From contig CM119268.1 of the NCBI GenBank assembly GCA_051294375.1, positions 20,028,781 through 20,067,338 of the forward strand: a stretch of 38,558 nt of DNA. Direction: 5' to 3'. Both the position numbers and the translations under genes were made by a program. The notes below the pieces were generated by a model. The model did no database searches and had not been told where the DNA came from. It worked only from the letters and a program-made list of their open reading frames with translations. This DNA comes from Paraspadella gotoi (Eukaryota > Animalia > Chaetognatha). This document shows positions 10,099-21,953 of this stretch, one piece after another (positions within the stretch are counted from its first letter, which is position 1; each line of letters opens with the position of its first letter).

Positions 10099-11872
10099 AC
10101 TTTATCTCTTTCCCTTTCCTCCCTTTTCTTTTCTCTTTTATTTTTATACAATCTCCGATTCTAAGTCGATTATTTTTCGGTTTTGATTCTTTAAAATCAA
10201 AGAAAAAACGAATACCGAAAATAAATCTCAAATCATAGATAAAAAGAAACAAAGATACACCACGTAAAAGTCAGTGGACCAATTTTATTAAAAGTATCAG
10301 AAATTGTGGATAAACAATGGTTCTTTAGGTTTATATTTGAACTTAGTTAAAAAAAGACTATAAATAAAGATATTACCCATTATAATAATTATAGGTGTCA
10401 AGTATATTTTGCAAAGGAGGAATTTTTGTAAGCAGAAAAAAGGCATGATAAATCTTAAGATCATAATAAATATATTATATCAGTTTCATATGTATTGATG
10501 ATTCATAGGCCTTAATATACAATAGGAAAGATGATATAAAATGACTATCGCCAGAATTGCTGCTGGCGCATTTTTGCGCATCATTTTTGGGAATCAAGAA
10601 TGACCAATTTGTTGAGAGAAAATCCATTTGCATCTCCTGTAACCAGAGGTTTTGTGAGGAAAGCCTAGTTTTTGCGCAACAAAAAAAAGAAAAATTGCTT
10701 TCTGTACTATTCCAATATTTTTCTTATTTGAAAGATTCTTTTTCGGTTTTTAGTTAGACTTACCCTTACAGTACCTAGATTTAAAAAATAAAATTTTTCT
10801 TTTTAGTATTTTCCATACAGTAAATATTTCAAAAATCCTTGTTTTTTGGAATCAAATTCCCTAATATTTTTCGGCTGATAAAAAAATAAAAATTTCGTCG
10901 AATACTGCTAATCCCTACATATGAAAACTAGGACAAAATAATTTTTAACCCTCCATTTTCAGAAGACAACACTAACATCCCTCTACCCATTATATTATTA
11001 AATACGAAATAAAAAATTGTAAAATCTAATACTTATGCGAAATATGGATAAATTTTATATTCATATAAACATTTTTGTCTAATTTAGTCTAATATACCCC
11101 GTGTCCGTTTGCGAGTGACACCAAAAAATCTTTACTATACTTTAAATATTTTGTAAACATAATTTATAAGTATATCATTATGGGGATGTGCATCGTTTCT
11201 AAACTATTGAGTATTTTTAAATAAATTTGGTACCGATCGATAGGGAATTTAAAATACTATCTATATGCAAAATTTTATAAAAATCGGATAATCCGTTCAA
11301 AAGTTATGGCAATAAAACAGTCGCGAAAATCGCGCTTCAAATCGATCAACTTTCGCTTAAAATCGAACTCGTTTTGATCCAATAAGGATTTGAACTACTG
11401 TAGTACTAAGCTTTAAACCGATAATAGCGATTATGCGCGAACCGGGCCTCATAAGAGAAAATAGAATAAGCGAAGCCCGGAAAAAAGGAATCCTTACAAA
11501 ATTAATCACAAAAATAACATAATTATAACAGAATAAAAAAGGGAAAAGACAAGAGAGCCAAAGAAGTAATAAATTGAAAGTATATTGACTGATCTCACCA
11601 GCAAAACTACTATTAAACTAACTCAATTTAATATCGTTAATTCAAGATTAAGAATTCACTATCATCACTTCACGATTAATTTTTCATTTTTGAATCATTT
11701 TAATTTTATGATAACAGATTTTAATATGATAGCAATAAAACTATAATTAAAAGATAATGATTGATAATGGTAAGTAAATTGATGCAATGAATAAAATTAA
11801 TTAAACTAATGATGATGACGATAGTTTAATATCTAAAATTTGTCATATCTGAATCCGGCTTATTTTATTATG

Positions 11873-11930
11873 AACAAGTTTGGGCAAACAATGTCGGATT
11901 TGACTAAGATAATTTAGCGGTAATCAGTTA
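11873..11930 (-). mobile_element. HINE 3' terminus adjoining the satellite
   Basis: aacaagtttgggcaaacaatgtcggatttg...tagcggtaatcag matches 18203-18256 and 20557-20605. Confidence 0.78.
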
Positions 11931-13090
11931 AAAAGTATGCAAGTTGAAAAAGATATGCAAGTTGAAAAAGATATGCAAGTTGAAAAAAGTATGCAAGTTG
12001 AAAAAAGTATGCAAGTTGAAAAAAAGTATGCAAGTTGAAAAAAGTATGCATACTTTGAAAAAAGTATGCATAATTGGAAAAAAAGTATGCATACTTCAAA
12101 AAAGTATGCATACTTTGAAAAAAGTATGCATATTTTAAAAAAGTATGCATACTTCAAAAAAGTATGCATACTTTGAAAAAAAGTATGCATACTTTGAAAA
12201 AAGTATGCATATTTTAAAAAAAGTATGCATACTTTAAAAAAAGTATGCATACTTTGAAAAAAGTATGCATACTTTGAAAAAAGTATGCATATTTTAAAAA
12301 AGTATGCATACTTCAAAAAAGTATGCATACTTTGAAAAAAGTATGCATACTTTGAAAAAGTATGCATACTTCAAAAAAGTATGCATACTTTGAAAAAAGT
12401 ATGCATACTTTGAAAAAAGTATGCATATTTTAAAAAAGTATGCATACTTCAAAAAAGTATGCATACTTTGAAAAAAGTATGCATACTTTGAAAAAAGTAT
12501 GCATACTTCAAAAAAGTATGCATACTTTGAAAAAAGTATGCATACTTTGAAAAAAGTATGCATATTTTAAAAAAAGTATGCATACTTCAAAAAAGTATGC
12601 ATACTTTGAAAAAAGTATGCATACTTTGAAAAAAGTATGCATACTTCAAAAAAGTATGCATACTTTGAAAAAAGTATGCATATTTTAAAAAAGTATGCAT
12701 ACTTTGAAAAAAGTATGCATACTTTAAAAAAAAGTATGCATATTCTAAAAAAAGTATGCATACTTCAAAAAAGTATGCATACTTCAAAAAAGTATGCATA
12801 CTTTGAAAAAGTATGCATACTTTGAAAAAAGTATGCAAACTTTGAAAAAAGTATACAAACTTTGAAAAAAGTATGCATACTTTGAAAAAAGTATGCAAAC
12901 TTTGAAAAAAGTATACAAACTTTGAAAAAAGTATGCATACTTTGAAAAAAGTATGCATACTTTGAAAAAAGTATGCATACTTTTTTTAAAGTATGCATAC
13001 TTTTTTTAAAGTATGCATACTTTTTTGAAGTATGCATACTTTTTTGAAGTATGCATACTTTTTTTAAAATATGCATACTTTTTTCAAAGT
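11931..13090. repeat. Minisatellite/satellite, 17-20-bp units, core AAAGTATGCATACTTT (perfect palindrome)
   Basis: Begins as AAAAAGTATGCAAGTTG units, switches at ~12040 to AAAAAAGTATGCATACTT(TG/C) units, and inverts orientation at 12975/12976. Confidence 0.98.
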
Positions 13091-13099
13091 CACGTCACG

Positions 13100-13295
13100 T
13101 CAATGAATGACTATCATCGCATCAATGAATGATTATCATCCGATCAATGAAGGACTATCATCGCATCAATGAATGATTATCATCGCATCAATGAATGACT
13201 ATCATCGCATCCATCATTTGGTTATCATCGCATAAATCCTTCGGTTATCTTCGCATCAATATTTGGTTATCATCGCATCAATATTTGGTTATCAT
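13100..13295. repeat. ~20-22-bp tandem repeat (TCAATGAATGAYTATCATCGCA)
   Basis: Visible tandem units; a related inverted array lies at ~36833-36946. Confidence 0.85.
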
Positions 13296-16200
13296 TAAAA
13301 GTAGGCTCGATCCCTATTGCTTTTAAGATTTTATTGAACGGTTTTGTCACTATCACATAACAATAATTAATGTCTCTTCAAGAGATAAGATAAAGAGACT
13401 AACAAGGGACAAACGACGCCTAGAACGCCAATATCACAGGCATGAAATTCAAAACATTTCATACAGACTGCGTTCTAAAACGTAAAAATACGGTAAAGCC
13501 ATGTTGAAATATGGTATTTATCTGGCCCGGATCGCGCATGATCAATGCTTATTTTTAATTGATGTCCTCATTGGATAACCTACGTCAACCATTTTCAATA
13601 CAGACCAGAACGCGCTTAAAAAAGCTTTTAGCGTGCAAAAACTTGATATCCTTTCTATTTGCTCTAAATTTAATAAAAACTCTCTAAATTTACCCCCGCG
13701 CTCTACCTGAAACAGATAGTAAAAAACAATACAGTTTCTTTCGATGGTCTTAGAACAAAAAAAAATTGAAGGCTTGACTATGCAGTTTTCACCTAAAAAA
13801 CCAGTTCATTTGATTGCTTTATCAAGCATTCAAGATTGCAAGAATTTAAACTTTTCTTTTTTTATCTAGTAGAGAAGACAATAAGCTATCCGAAACCGTA
13901 CTGATATGTATGATTTGTTCTATTTTACAAAAGATCAAGCAGGTTTTTTGGGAAAAGGGAAAACACGGTCTGACCAGTTCATTTAAATACCATTTTTGGG
14001 CATGATAAAATGGGTATTTCGATCGCGCTCTACCTCCGTTGGCTTCCCAAGACGCCAAGCTTTCGAAATCTACCCATATTGATATAATTTATATGGGCCT
14101 TGACTATGCAGTTTTGAATAGAAGTTAAATATAAAGGAATCTTGATCGGGAACTTCGATTCGAACGATGCGCAGCCCTAATCATTAGTTGGAGAACTACT
14201 TGACATTTTTTATGTATAAGTTACATTTCGTTTTTAATTTATTTACTATTCTTTGTTTAATTTTTTATCTAACACAGTAAAATTTGCAAAAAAAGACCAT
14301 TTTTGGCGTGATCTTGATTGAATTTAAAAAAAAATTATATAAGAAGAAATACCTATTAATGGTCTAATCAATGGCGTATCTGAATTATCGTAATGTTTGA
14401 TAATTTTTGAAATGATTAATGTTAGAACCCAAATTCCGAAACTCGATCCCAAAACGCTTTTTTCGTAATTATTTTTATATCTTGTGGATATAGAATGAAC
14501 TGGTAATAATTAAATCTTAAAGTTACCGTTCTTAATGTGGCCAATGGGTGTGAGAAGAAATTCGACCAAAAACAACCAAAATTTCCCTCTCCCTTTTTGT
14601 CAACATTCTCGCCCTTTTAAATTTTCGCCGGATTCTGACTTCCTCTTTACAAACTTATAATTCAGCTATGTAATTTTTTTTTCCTTTCATGGAGCGAAAT
14701 GGAATCCACAAACTTTCTAATCTTTATAATTTCTAGGTAAAAAATAATACATTACAATTAACATTGGGTATTGTGAAAGATAATGTCTTGTGAAGGCCTC
14801 GTGAAAGCTTGATGTAAGTTAAAAATTTGCCTATCTTTATTATTAACACTCACCACTGACTGATTTAGACAGTGCAAGAAGTTGAACATCTCTGGAGCTC
14901 CTTTCAGTAGAACGTCGCGCTCGTTCTTTAAAATAAGATAATGTTTACTTTTTGCTGGATGGAAAAGAAAGATAAATACTTAGACTGTGAGTGGGTGAAT
15001 AATATTTTGTAGAATTTTGTAAGCATGCTTGTAAAATCAGACAACGCAATTATTTAAGTGACAAACAATTTACATTTTCTTTATCCAAAAAACTTTTAAG
15101 TTTTACTAGAGTACAATTTAGCTTTTTTCTTTCAGAATCATTAAAAGAATTTAATTTTTATTTATTCTTATGGGGTGTCATTGGTTTTAAAATTAATTAT
15201 AATTTTGTCTTACTTTGACACTACCCTGTAAAGAGTTTCAGCAAAAATAATTCTAAAATTGTATCTTGAATGTGCCCGATGATTATGGCTTCATTTTGGT
15301 ACTATTGCCAACCATTTATCTTTTTTCCTTCAAAAGATATTAGGAAAAATAAGTTTTTTCTCTTAACCTTCCTTTTAATTTCTTTTAAATAAAAATTTCG
15401 CGATGAAAACTGGACAAATTCACTTTACCATGTTGGTTTAATATGAAAAATTGGTCAATAATAAAAAGAAAAATAGAACGAGCTCTAGGGACACAAGGCT
15501 TTTGGAATCTTCATAATTCGAAGTACCATTTATAATGCTAACATACCCTAATCCGTTTGTAATTTTAAAAAAGTGAAATTTCCCTTTCATTTCTATAGTA
15601 AAAAATGAGTTTTGAAAATCTTCCAGAGATGAGTAGTTCATTTCCCCTGGCTTGTTTGATAGTAAAATCTTTATCAAATGCCACAAGAAGAAAGGAACGA
15701 GCTCTTGAGATGCAAAGCTGTCGGAATCGGGTGTTTTTTACAACTGTTTTCTACCGGAATTTCTTGCAGGCTCGTTTGTAAAGTTGGGCAGTCAGATTCG
15801 AACGGAAATATCTATTAGAAAAATGTTGAATTTTTTTTTAAGGAAGATTTTCGCCTAAGTAATGATTTTTTATTTATTTTTTTAATTGTAAATCTTAAGT
15901 TTTCTTTATACAATTTGTCCAATTTGAAAAAAAAATGCTATCCTGAGCATGTACTTGACTGTTTTAAATAATTATTGTATATCGTAAGGATTCCCAGATA
16001 ATTCTTAATTTAATGGTGTAAATGAATTTTATTAATTTTAAGCATTTAATGAGTAATTAATTTATAATGATTTTTAAAAAAAAATATTCAGTTTTTTACT
16101 GAAGATGAATTTTGATGACCATTAAGGAAGTTGTTTTACATAAGTAAATATTAAATTAATCTTATGAATTTAAAATATAATAAACGTTGAATGAGGAATA

Positions 16201-16408
16201 AAAAAAAATTATCCAATGAGAAATGGTACGCATTTATTTGGGTGTCACTCGCGAACGGACACGGGGTAGTAAAACAAGTAATCTTGCTATTTTCATGTCG
16301 TTAACAGCCTCATGGTTTCTCCCGTTTCATGGTGCCAAGTTTTGTTTTTAACAGTGGCATTTCCTTTTGTCGTTCCTAGTCACGACTCACAAGTTAATTT
16401 CAATCATA

Positions 16409-16960
16409 TGACGTCACGTGAAAATCCATTTCCCTCCACCAATTGCCTTCCGCACAATTCCATCGGGGCCAATCTAAAGGATTCATTTAATTCCTTGCGT
16501 CAATCAGTGCTGCTTTTATTAACCAATTGTTCGGCGTTCTTGTTTTAAGTGATACACTGATATTTTTTTTCGCTGATCAAATACCTAATTCAGAATTTTT
16601 TATTGACTGCGATTGATTATTTGCTACCAATCAAAACAGAGATGATCTAACATCTAACAATCCATTGTCACCGAGACTGACTTCCGTCGTTTTTTTTTTC
16701 AAACGACGAATGTCTGACTTCGAGCAAGACCTACGACCAATCAGTTCTCAATTAATCGCTTTTGCCATGACGTCACCGACGTTCTCCGACCAATCACGAA
16801 CTCCGATATTCTCTCTCTTTCCCTTGATCGACCGAAAAACTGTTCCGGGGCTAAAAACATTTTTTACCGGCGAGCTGAGGTCATTTTTTCCCCTGAATTA
16901 GCCGTGGCCAATCGGCGAGCGCTGGCTCCGGCCAATCACGTTGCGGAGAACCTTTATATG
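16409..16960 (+). promoter_or_regulatory. Candidate promoter/enhancer: co-oriented CCAAT cluster with CRE sites
   Basis: CCAAT at 16439, 16469, 16523, 16627, 16737, 16790, 16908 and 16932; TGACGTCA at 16409 and 16768; TTTATA at 16953; locally CpG-rich. Confidence 0.45.
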
Positions 16961-18202
16961 GAATTTTGTCGCACTTTAATAATTTCCTTATTCCTTCTTT
17001 TTTTATCTTTCCTCTTTTTTTCCTATGCTTCCCCTCGACTTGGACGAGCCGGCTCCGCGTATTTAGAGTTCGCGTGAATGGTGAATGAGAATACAAGCGG
17101 TGGTCGTCGTCGTCGTTGGACTTGTGACACATTCTCGTATTCGGATCACCATCTGTCCCGGCGTTTTCTCGGACCCTCACGCTCATGGATCGAAACTCCC
17201 GTTTGTTATCATTTCGTCGTCCCCGATTATTTGTTTTTTCAATACTATTTGTTTTTCTCTCTTTTTATTTTTTAATATTTAATTTTCTTTTACAGTTTTT
17301 TTTTCTTATTTATGAGTAAATAATAAATAAATTTTAGGTCCTGTTACACGAAGTCAGTCTGTTTTAATCACATTGTAAAGAAAAGATTGTTTTTAACCCC
17401 CTCTTTTTGAACTAGATTTTTTTCATCGTATTCGAGTTTAGTGTCTTTTTTACTGCTTATAAAATTGTATTTTTACTTTAATTTTAAAAAAAATATTTTA
17501 AAAACTTTTTCGCCGGAAAATCTTTTGTCTTTTATGATATTGCCACTTATTTTTTGTGATCTTCTTTTAATTATCTTTTTGGTTCATTTTTATTCTTTTT
17601 CACTCTAAAGAATTAACAGTGACTTTTTTCATTCCTTCTTTCTCTAATTTTTTTTTCTATATACTTTCTTTTATTTATTACGCCATCTTTGTTTTTAAAC
17701 ATTTCCACGTTTCGTGTTCTTTCTCCTTTTATTATTATTATTATTGTTGTTATTATCTATTATTAATATTATCATTATTTCTCCTATTATTATTCATTTA
17801 ATTTTCAATTGTGTAAAAAGTTTCTAAGTTATCAAGATATGGAGTTAACACGTTTTTTTAACTTTATTTCTTCAAACTCTTTGTTTGAAGTTTAACTCGA
17901 AACTTCCCATTTTTTAATATTTATTTTCCTTATTTTCATTCTCTTCCAACCCATTGCTAGCACTATGGTTACACACACTCACTAGAATTATGCTCCAAAC
18001 AAAAAAAATCATTTTCGTCTGAATTTCACTTTCTACTTTTTTAGAATATGTCGCTCGCTCTCTATCTCTCTCTCGCTTTCTCTCTCGCTCTTTTTCGATT
18101 TCTCGTGGTTTCAATGGGGTACGAAAATCATTTTTTTCCATTTTTGAAAAAAGGCCAACTGACTTATTTACTTGGTTACTCTGTAAGGCTTAAAATAAAT
18201 TT

Positions 18203-19712
18203 AACAATTTGAGCAAACAATGTCGGATCTGCCCACGTTAATTAAGCGGTAATCAGATAAATAAATGAATATATAAATAAAAAAATAAATATATATAAAT
18301 AAAAAAAATAAATATAAATATATAAAAATAAATAAATATATATAAATAAATATATATATATAAATATAAATATATAAATATAAATATATATATAAATATA
18401 TATAAATAAATAAATATGACACAATGAAAAATAACGTGGCGAAACGGTCTCGTGCTGATTTTGTCCCTTTAAAATTGTTTCTGAGCCAAATTAATTGATT
18501 GTTACTTTTGGTAATATGTGCGATATACACTACTGGACATTATTGTGACAGACCATAACCCTTGACCATCAACAAAATAGCTAGCTAGATCTAAAATAGT
18601 AAAAAAGATAAAGCAATATAGCTCCAAACATTTACAAAATTTTAGACCATTGCTTTTATAAATACAAAAAGAATATTAATATTATTAAAACAAAACTTTA
18701 ACGATAACTTAATAGTTAACCGAGACCAAGATGAATATTTTTTACCCATTATTTCCTCAATTCATATGAATTATTAGTTTGTAATTAATCAATTAATCTA
18801 AATAACAATATGACAAATCCATTTTTAATTTTTTTATGAATAGGAAGTTTTTTTTGCTTATTCCCCTTGTGTCTAATTATCTAATATTTTAAAAGTATTT
18901 TTAAAAACCTTATATATAATTACCTTATTTTTCACTTTTTTTAATTCTTTCAAACAAAAACATCATAAAAACATTTTAAATTAATAAAAAAAAATGATTA
19001 AATGATTTTGAAAAAAAAAAATTTTGAAACTTGACAATAATAAAAAAGTTAAGAAAAAAAAATTTGCAATTCTAAAAAAATCAGCTTCTAGCCTTTCGTC
19101 ACTAACCACGACAAAAGCAATGACGATGAGAATAATGCCGATAACGATTGACTTGATTGATTGATTAATTATGTGATTAATTAATACGTCCTGCATTTAT
19201 ATTTAATATAAAAGGAAAAAGAAGCATAATCAATTAGTAAAACAGGTTATTTGTTTTTTTCCATTTAAACTCATTTCTACTCAAACGATTCCATTGAAAC
19301 TTGATTTCCAGCTTAATCACACACTTTCCTACCCACATACAAAATTTCAAATCAATCGCCCCATCCACTCATGAGCAATTGGTGTTTTTTCTATTTAAAC
19401 TCATTTCCACTCAGACAATTCCATCGAAACTTCATATCCAGCTCAATCATACACTTCTCTACCCACACACAAAATTTAATTTAAATCCATCCATCCAATC
19501 ACGAGTAATTGGAGTTTTTTGCTAAGGTAGGACGGACGGACGAACAGACGGACAGACAGATGGACAGACATCTTTTTTTTTGCATAATTTATCATAATTC
19601 GATGTTCTGACATAATATAAGTGAATGCCCGAAAAAGATTGAGGGGGCGGACCGACGGACCGACAAAGTGAATTAGAGTCGGGATCTGCTGATAAGCAGA
19701 TCCGACTAAAAA
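18203..19712 (-). mobile_element. HINE (DINE-1/Helentron-like) copy, probably composite
   Basis: 5' sub-TIR hairpin agtcgggatctgct-gata-agcagatccgact (19677-19707) next to an A/T run; (GGAC/AGAC)n microsatellite at 19530-19570; ~130-bp tandem core at 19260-19525; 3' end with sub-TIR gtcggatctgc at 18203-18237. Confidence 0.78.
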
Positions 19713-19904
19713 CATAAAAAGATTTTGCATTAATATTTTGTATATTAACATATGAAACTATAACATTTCAAAAAAAAAATATAATAATATTGAAGTGATT
19801 TTTTTTTATGCACGGAACAGTAACGTTACGCCATTTTTCATTGTCATATATAAATTTAATAAAATAAAAATAAAGTACAAATAATTTTTTTAACTATCAT
19901 TTTT

Positions 19905-20554
19905 TCCATTTGCATTAGTTTTTTAAACTTGCATCTTTTTCTAACTTGTATACTTTTTTCAACTCGCATCATTTTTTTAACTCGAATCATTTTTTTATCT
20001 TGCTCCATTTTTCTAACTTGCATCATTTTTTCAATTTGCATCTTTTTTTTAATTTGCATAATTTTTTCAACTTGCATAATTTTTTCAACTTGTAATTTTT
20101 TTCAACTTGCATCATTCTTTAAACTTGCATCATTTTTTCAATATGCATAATTTTTGAAACTTTCATCATTTATTTCAAATAGCATCATTTTTTCACTTAA
20201 TTATGTAAGCATAAATAATAAAAATTCAAGTCAACTTGACTTCGATTTTTTCAATGCAAACTCATTTCCACTCCTCGATTCCATCGAAACTTTATATCCA
20301 GCTTAATCACACACTTACCTATCCACACACAAAATTTCATTCCAATTCATCCATCCAATCACGAGTTATTGGAGTTTTTTGCTAAGTGGGACGGACAGAC
20401 AGACGGACAGATGGACAATTGGACATTGTTTTTTTGCTTAATTTAGCATAATATTAAGTTCTGCTGTGATAAAAATAATTTACCGACAAGATTTATGGGT
20501 GGGACCGACAAAGTAAATTATAAAGTCGGAATCTGCTGACAAGCAAATTTGATT
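19905..20554 (-). mobile_element. HINE copy with central ~18-bp tandem repeat
   Basis: (TTTTTTCAACTTGCATCA)n at 19905-20195; core 20257-20385 homologous to 19395-19525; GGAC/AGAC microsatellite; degenerate terminal hairpin at 20524-20554. Confidence 0.78.
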
Positions 20555-21315
20555 AAAACAAGTTTGAGCAAACAATGTCGGATCTGCCCACGATCATTAT
20601 TGGTAAATAATTAATTAATTAATAAATAATAAATTAATTAATTAATTAATAATTAATTTATTCAAGTTAATTATTTAATTAATTATGCACTTATGCAATT
20701 AATTTGATCCATAATGTTTGTTTTGATTGATTAATTAACTGATTAATTAATTATTGATTAATTAATGGACTTTTTCATTTTCAATTTTCACATTCTGTTA
20801 TTTATTAGTAGTTAATTGTTAAAATATTTATTTCACCTTTAGTCTAAACAATTTATCTTTGTTGTACATTATAAAAATGTATCATTTTCAAATATTCTCT
20901 CTCTCTCTCTCTCTCTCTCAAATTGTCACCATTTAGTTTCTTTTCACAATCTGGCTCATTCTGTCCTCACCTTAACCTGTCCTCACATCTGACCACTATT
21001 CTTCTCTCAACTCTGTGTTGGAAACTTTGCCCTCTCTCTCTCATTTCCTTTGCACAAATCTTTTTTGAAAGTTCACAATTATCTCTGACACCGATGAAGG
21101 CTTGTAAAAAACTAAAGCCGAAACATGTCCGTCTCATATTAATAAAAATCGTTGATTGATCAATCTAAAAACGTTTTCTAGCATAATTTATCATAATTCG
21201 ATGTTCTGACATGATATAAGTGAATGCCCGACAAGATTGAGGGGGCGGACCGACGGACCGACAAAGTGAATTATAGAGTCGGGATCTGCTGAAAGCAGAT
21301 CCGACTAAAAAAAAA
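20555..21315 (-). mobile_element. HINE copy interrupted by a Penelope pLTR
   Basis: aaaacaagtttgagcaaacaatgtcggatctgc at 20555 (minus-strand end CTTGTTTT); terminal hairpin at 21277-21306 plus A9; 21181-21306 is nearly identical to 19582-19707. Confidence 0.82.
20850..21178 (+). mobile_element. Solo Penelope-like pLTR with mutated hammerhead (21087-21133)
   Basis: Conserved box at 20976-20997; CCGATGA-A-GGCTT...AAGCC-GAAACATGTC with a core T-to-C change, so probably inactive. Confidence 0.8.
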
Positions 21316-21653
21316 TGCTACTCCATTACGTCTTGTTTTAGCGTGTATACTTAATTGCTATTATACGCCTCATGGTACGTTTTTTAAAAATTCAATTCCC
21401 AATTCAATTCCCAACAGATGATCTTTCTATTTTACTCAAAAAACGATATAGAAATATATATAAATAAATTTTAAGAAAAAAAAATATCAATAAGTTTTAA
21501 GAAAAAAAATATAAATACATTTTAAGAACAAAAAATATATATTTTAACATATACTTTAAAATTACATTCGTGATAATCCTTTCGTTTGTTGTTTAAAATA
21601 GAGTAAAGGAAAAACGAAATTTTTTCGCGCTTTAACAACATTTATTTTTATGT

Positions 21654-21697
21654 AATGGACAAGTTTCGACTCTAGTTTTCGAGTCTTCATCAGCATT
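21654..21697 (-). ncRNA. Hammerhead ribozyme in the inverted pLTR
   Basis: Minus strand reads AATG-CTGATGA-A-GACTC-gaaaacta-GAGTC-GAAA-CTT-GTC-CATT. Confidence 0.88.
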
Positions 21698-21757
21698 GAA
21701 AAAGATACTTTCACAAACATTTTATATTGGTAGAGAGAGAGAGAGAAGGAGGGAGAT

Positions 21758-21819
<62 letters not shown>

Positions 21820-21953
21820 CAACAAAGAAATTGAGTAAAGGACAGTGGTCAGATGTTAGGACAGGAGAAAGTGAGGGAAGGGAAGGAGAGTGAGTGAATT
21901 TGAGATTGATGAAAAAGAAAGAGAGAGAGAGAGAGAGATCAATACATTTTCTA

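Larger units (their letters stand above)
11097..16266. mobile_element. TA-flanked TIR DNA transposon (Tc1/mariner-like ends), non-autonomous, with nested repeats
   Basis: TA|CCCCGTGTCCGTTTGCGAGTGACACC at 11097 and GGTGTCACTCGCGAACGGACACGGGG|TA ending at 16266: a 26-bp inverted repeat with one mismatch and TA on both sides. No intact transposase is visible. Confidence 0.8.

Noticed and set aside
11931-13090. CRISPR-like array, or the MHTFLKYAYFF-repeat ORFs as proteins
   Set aside because: There are no unique spacers and no cas genes, the context is eukaryotic, and the ORFs are translations of a stop-poor satellite on both strands.
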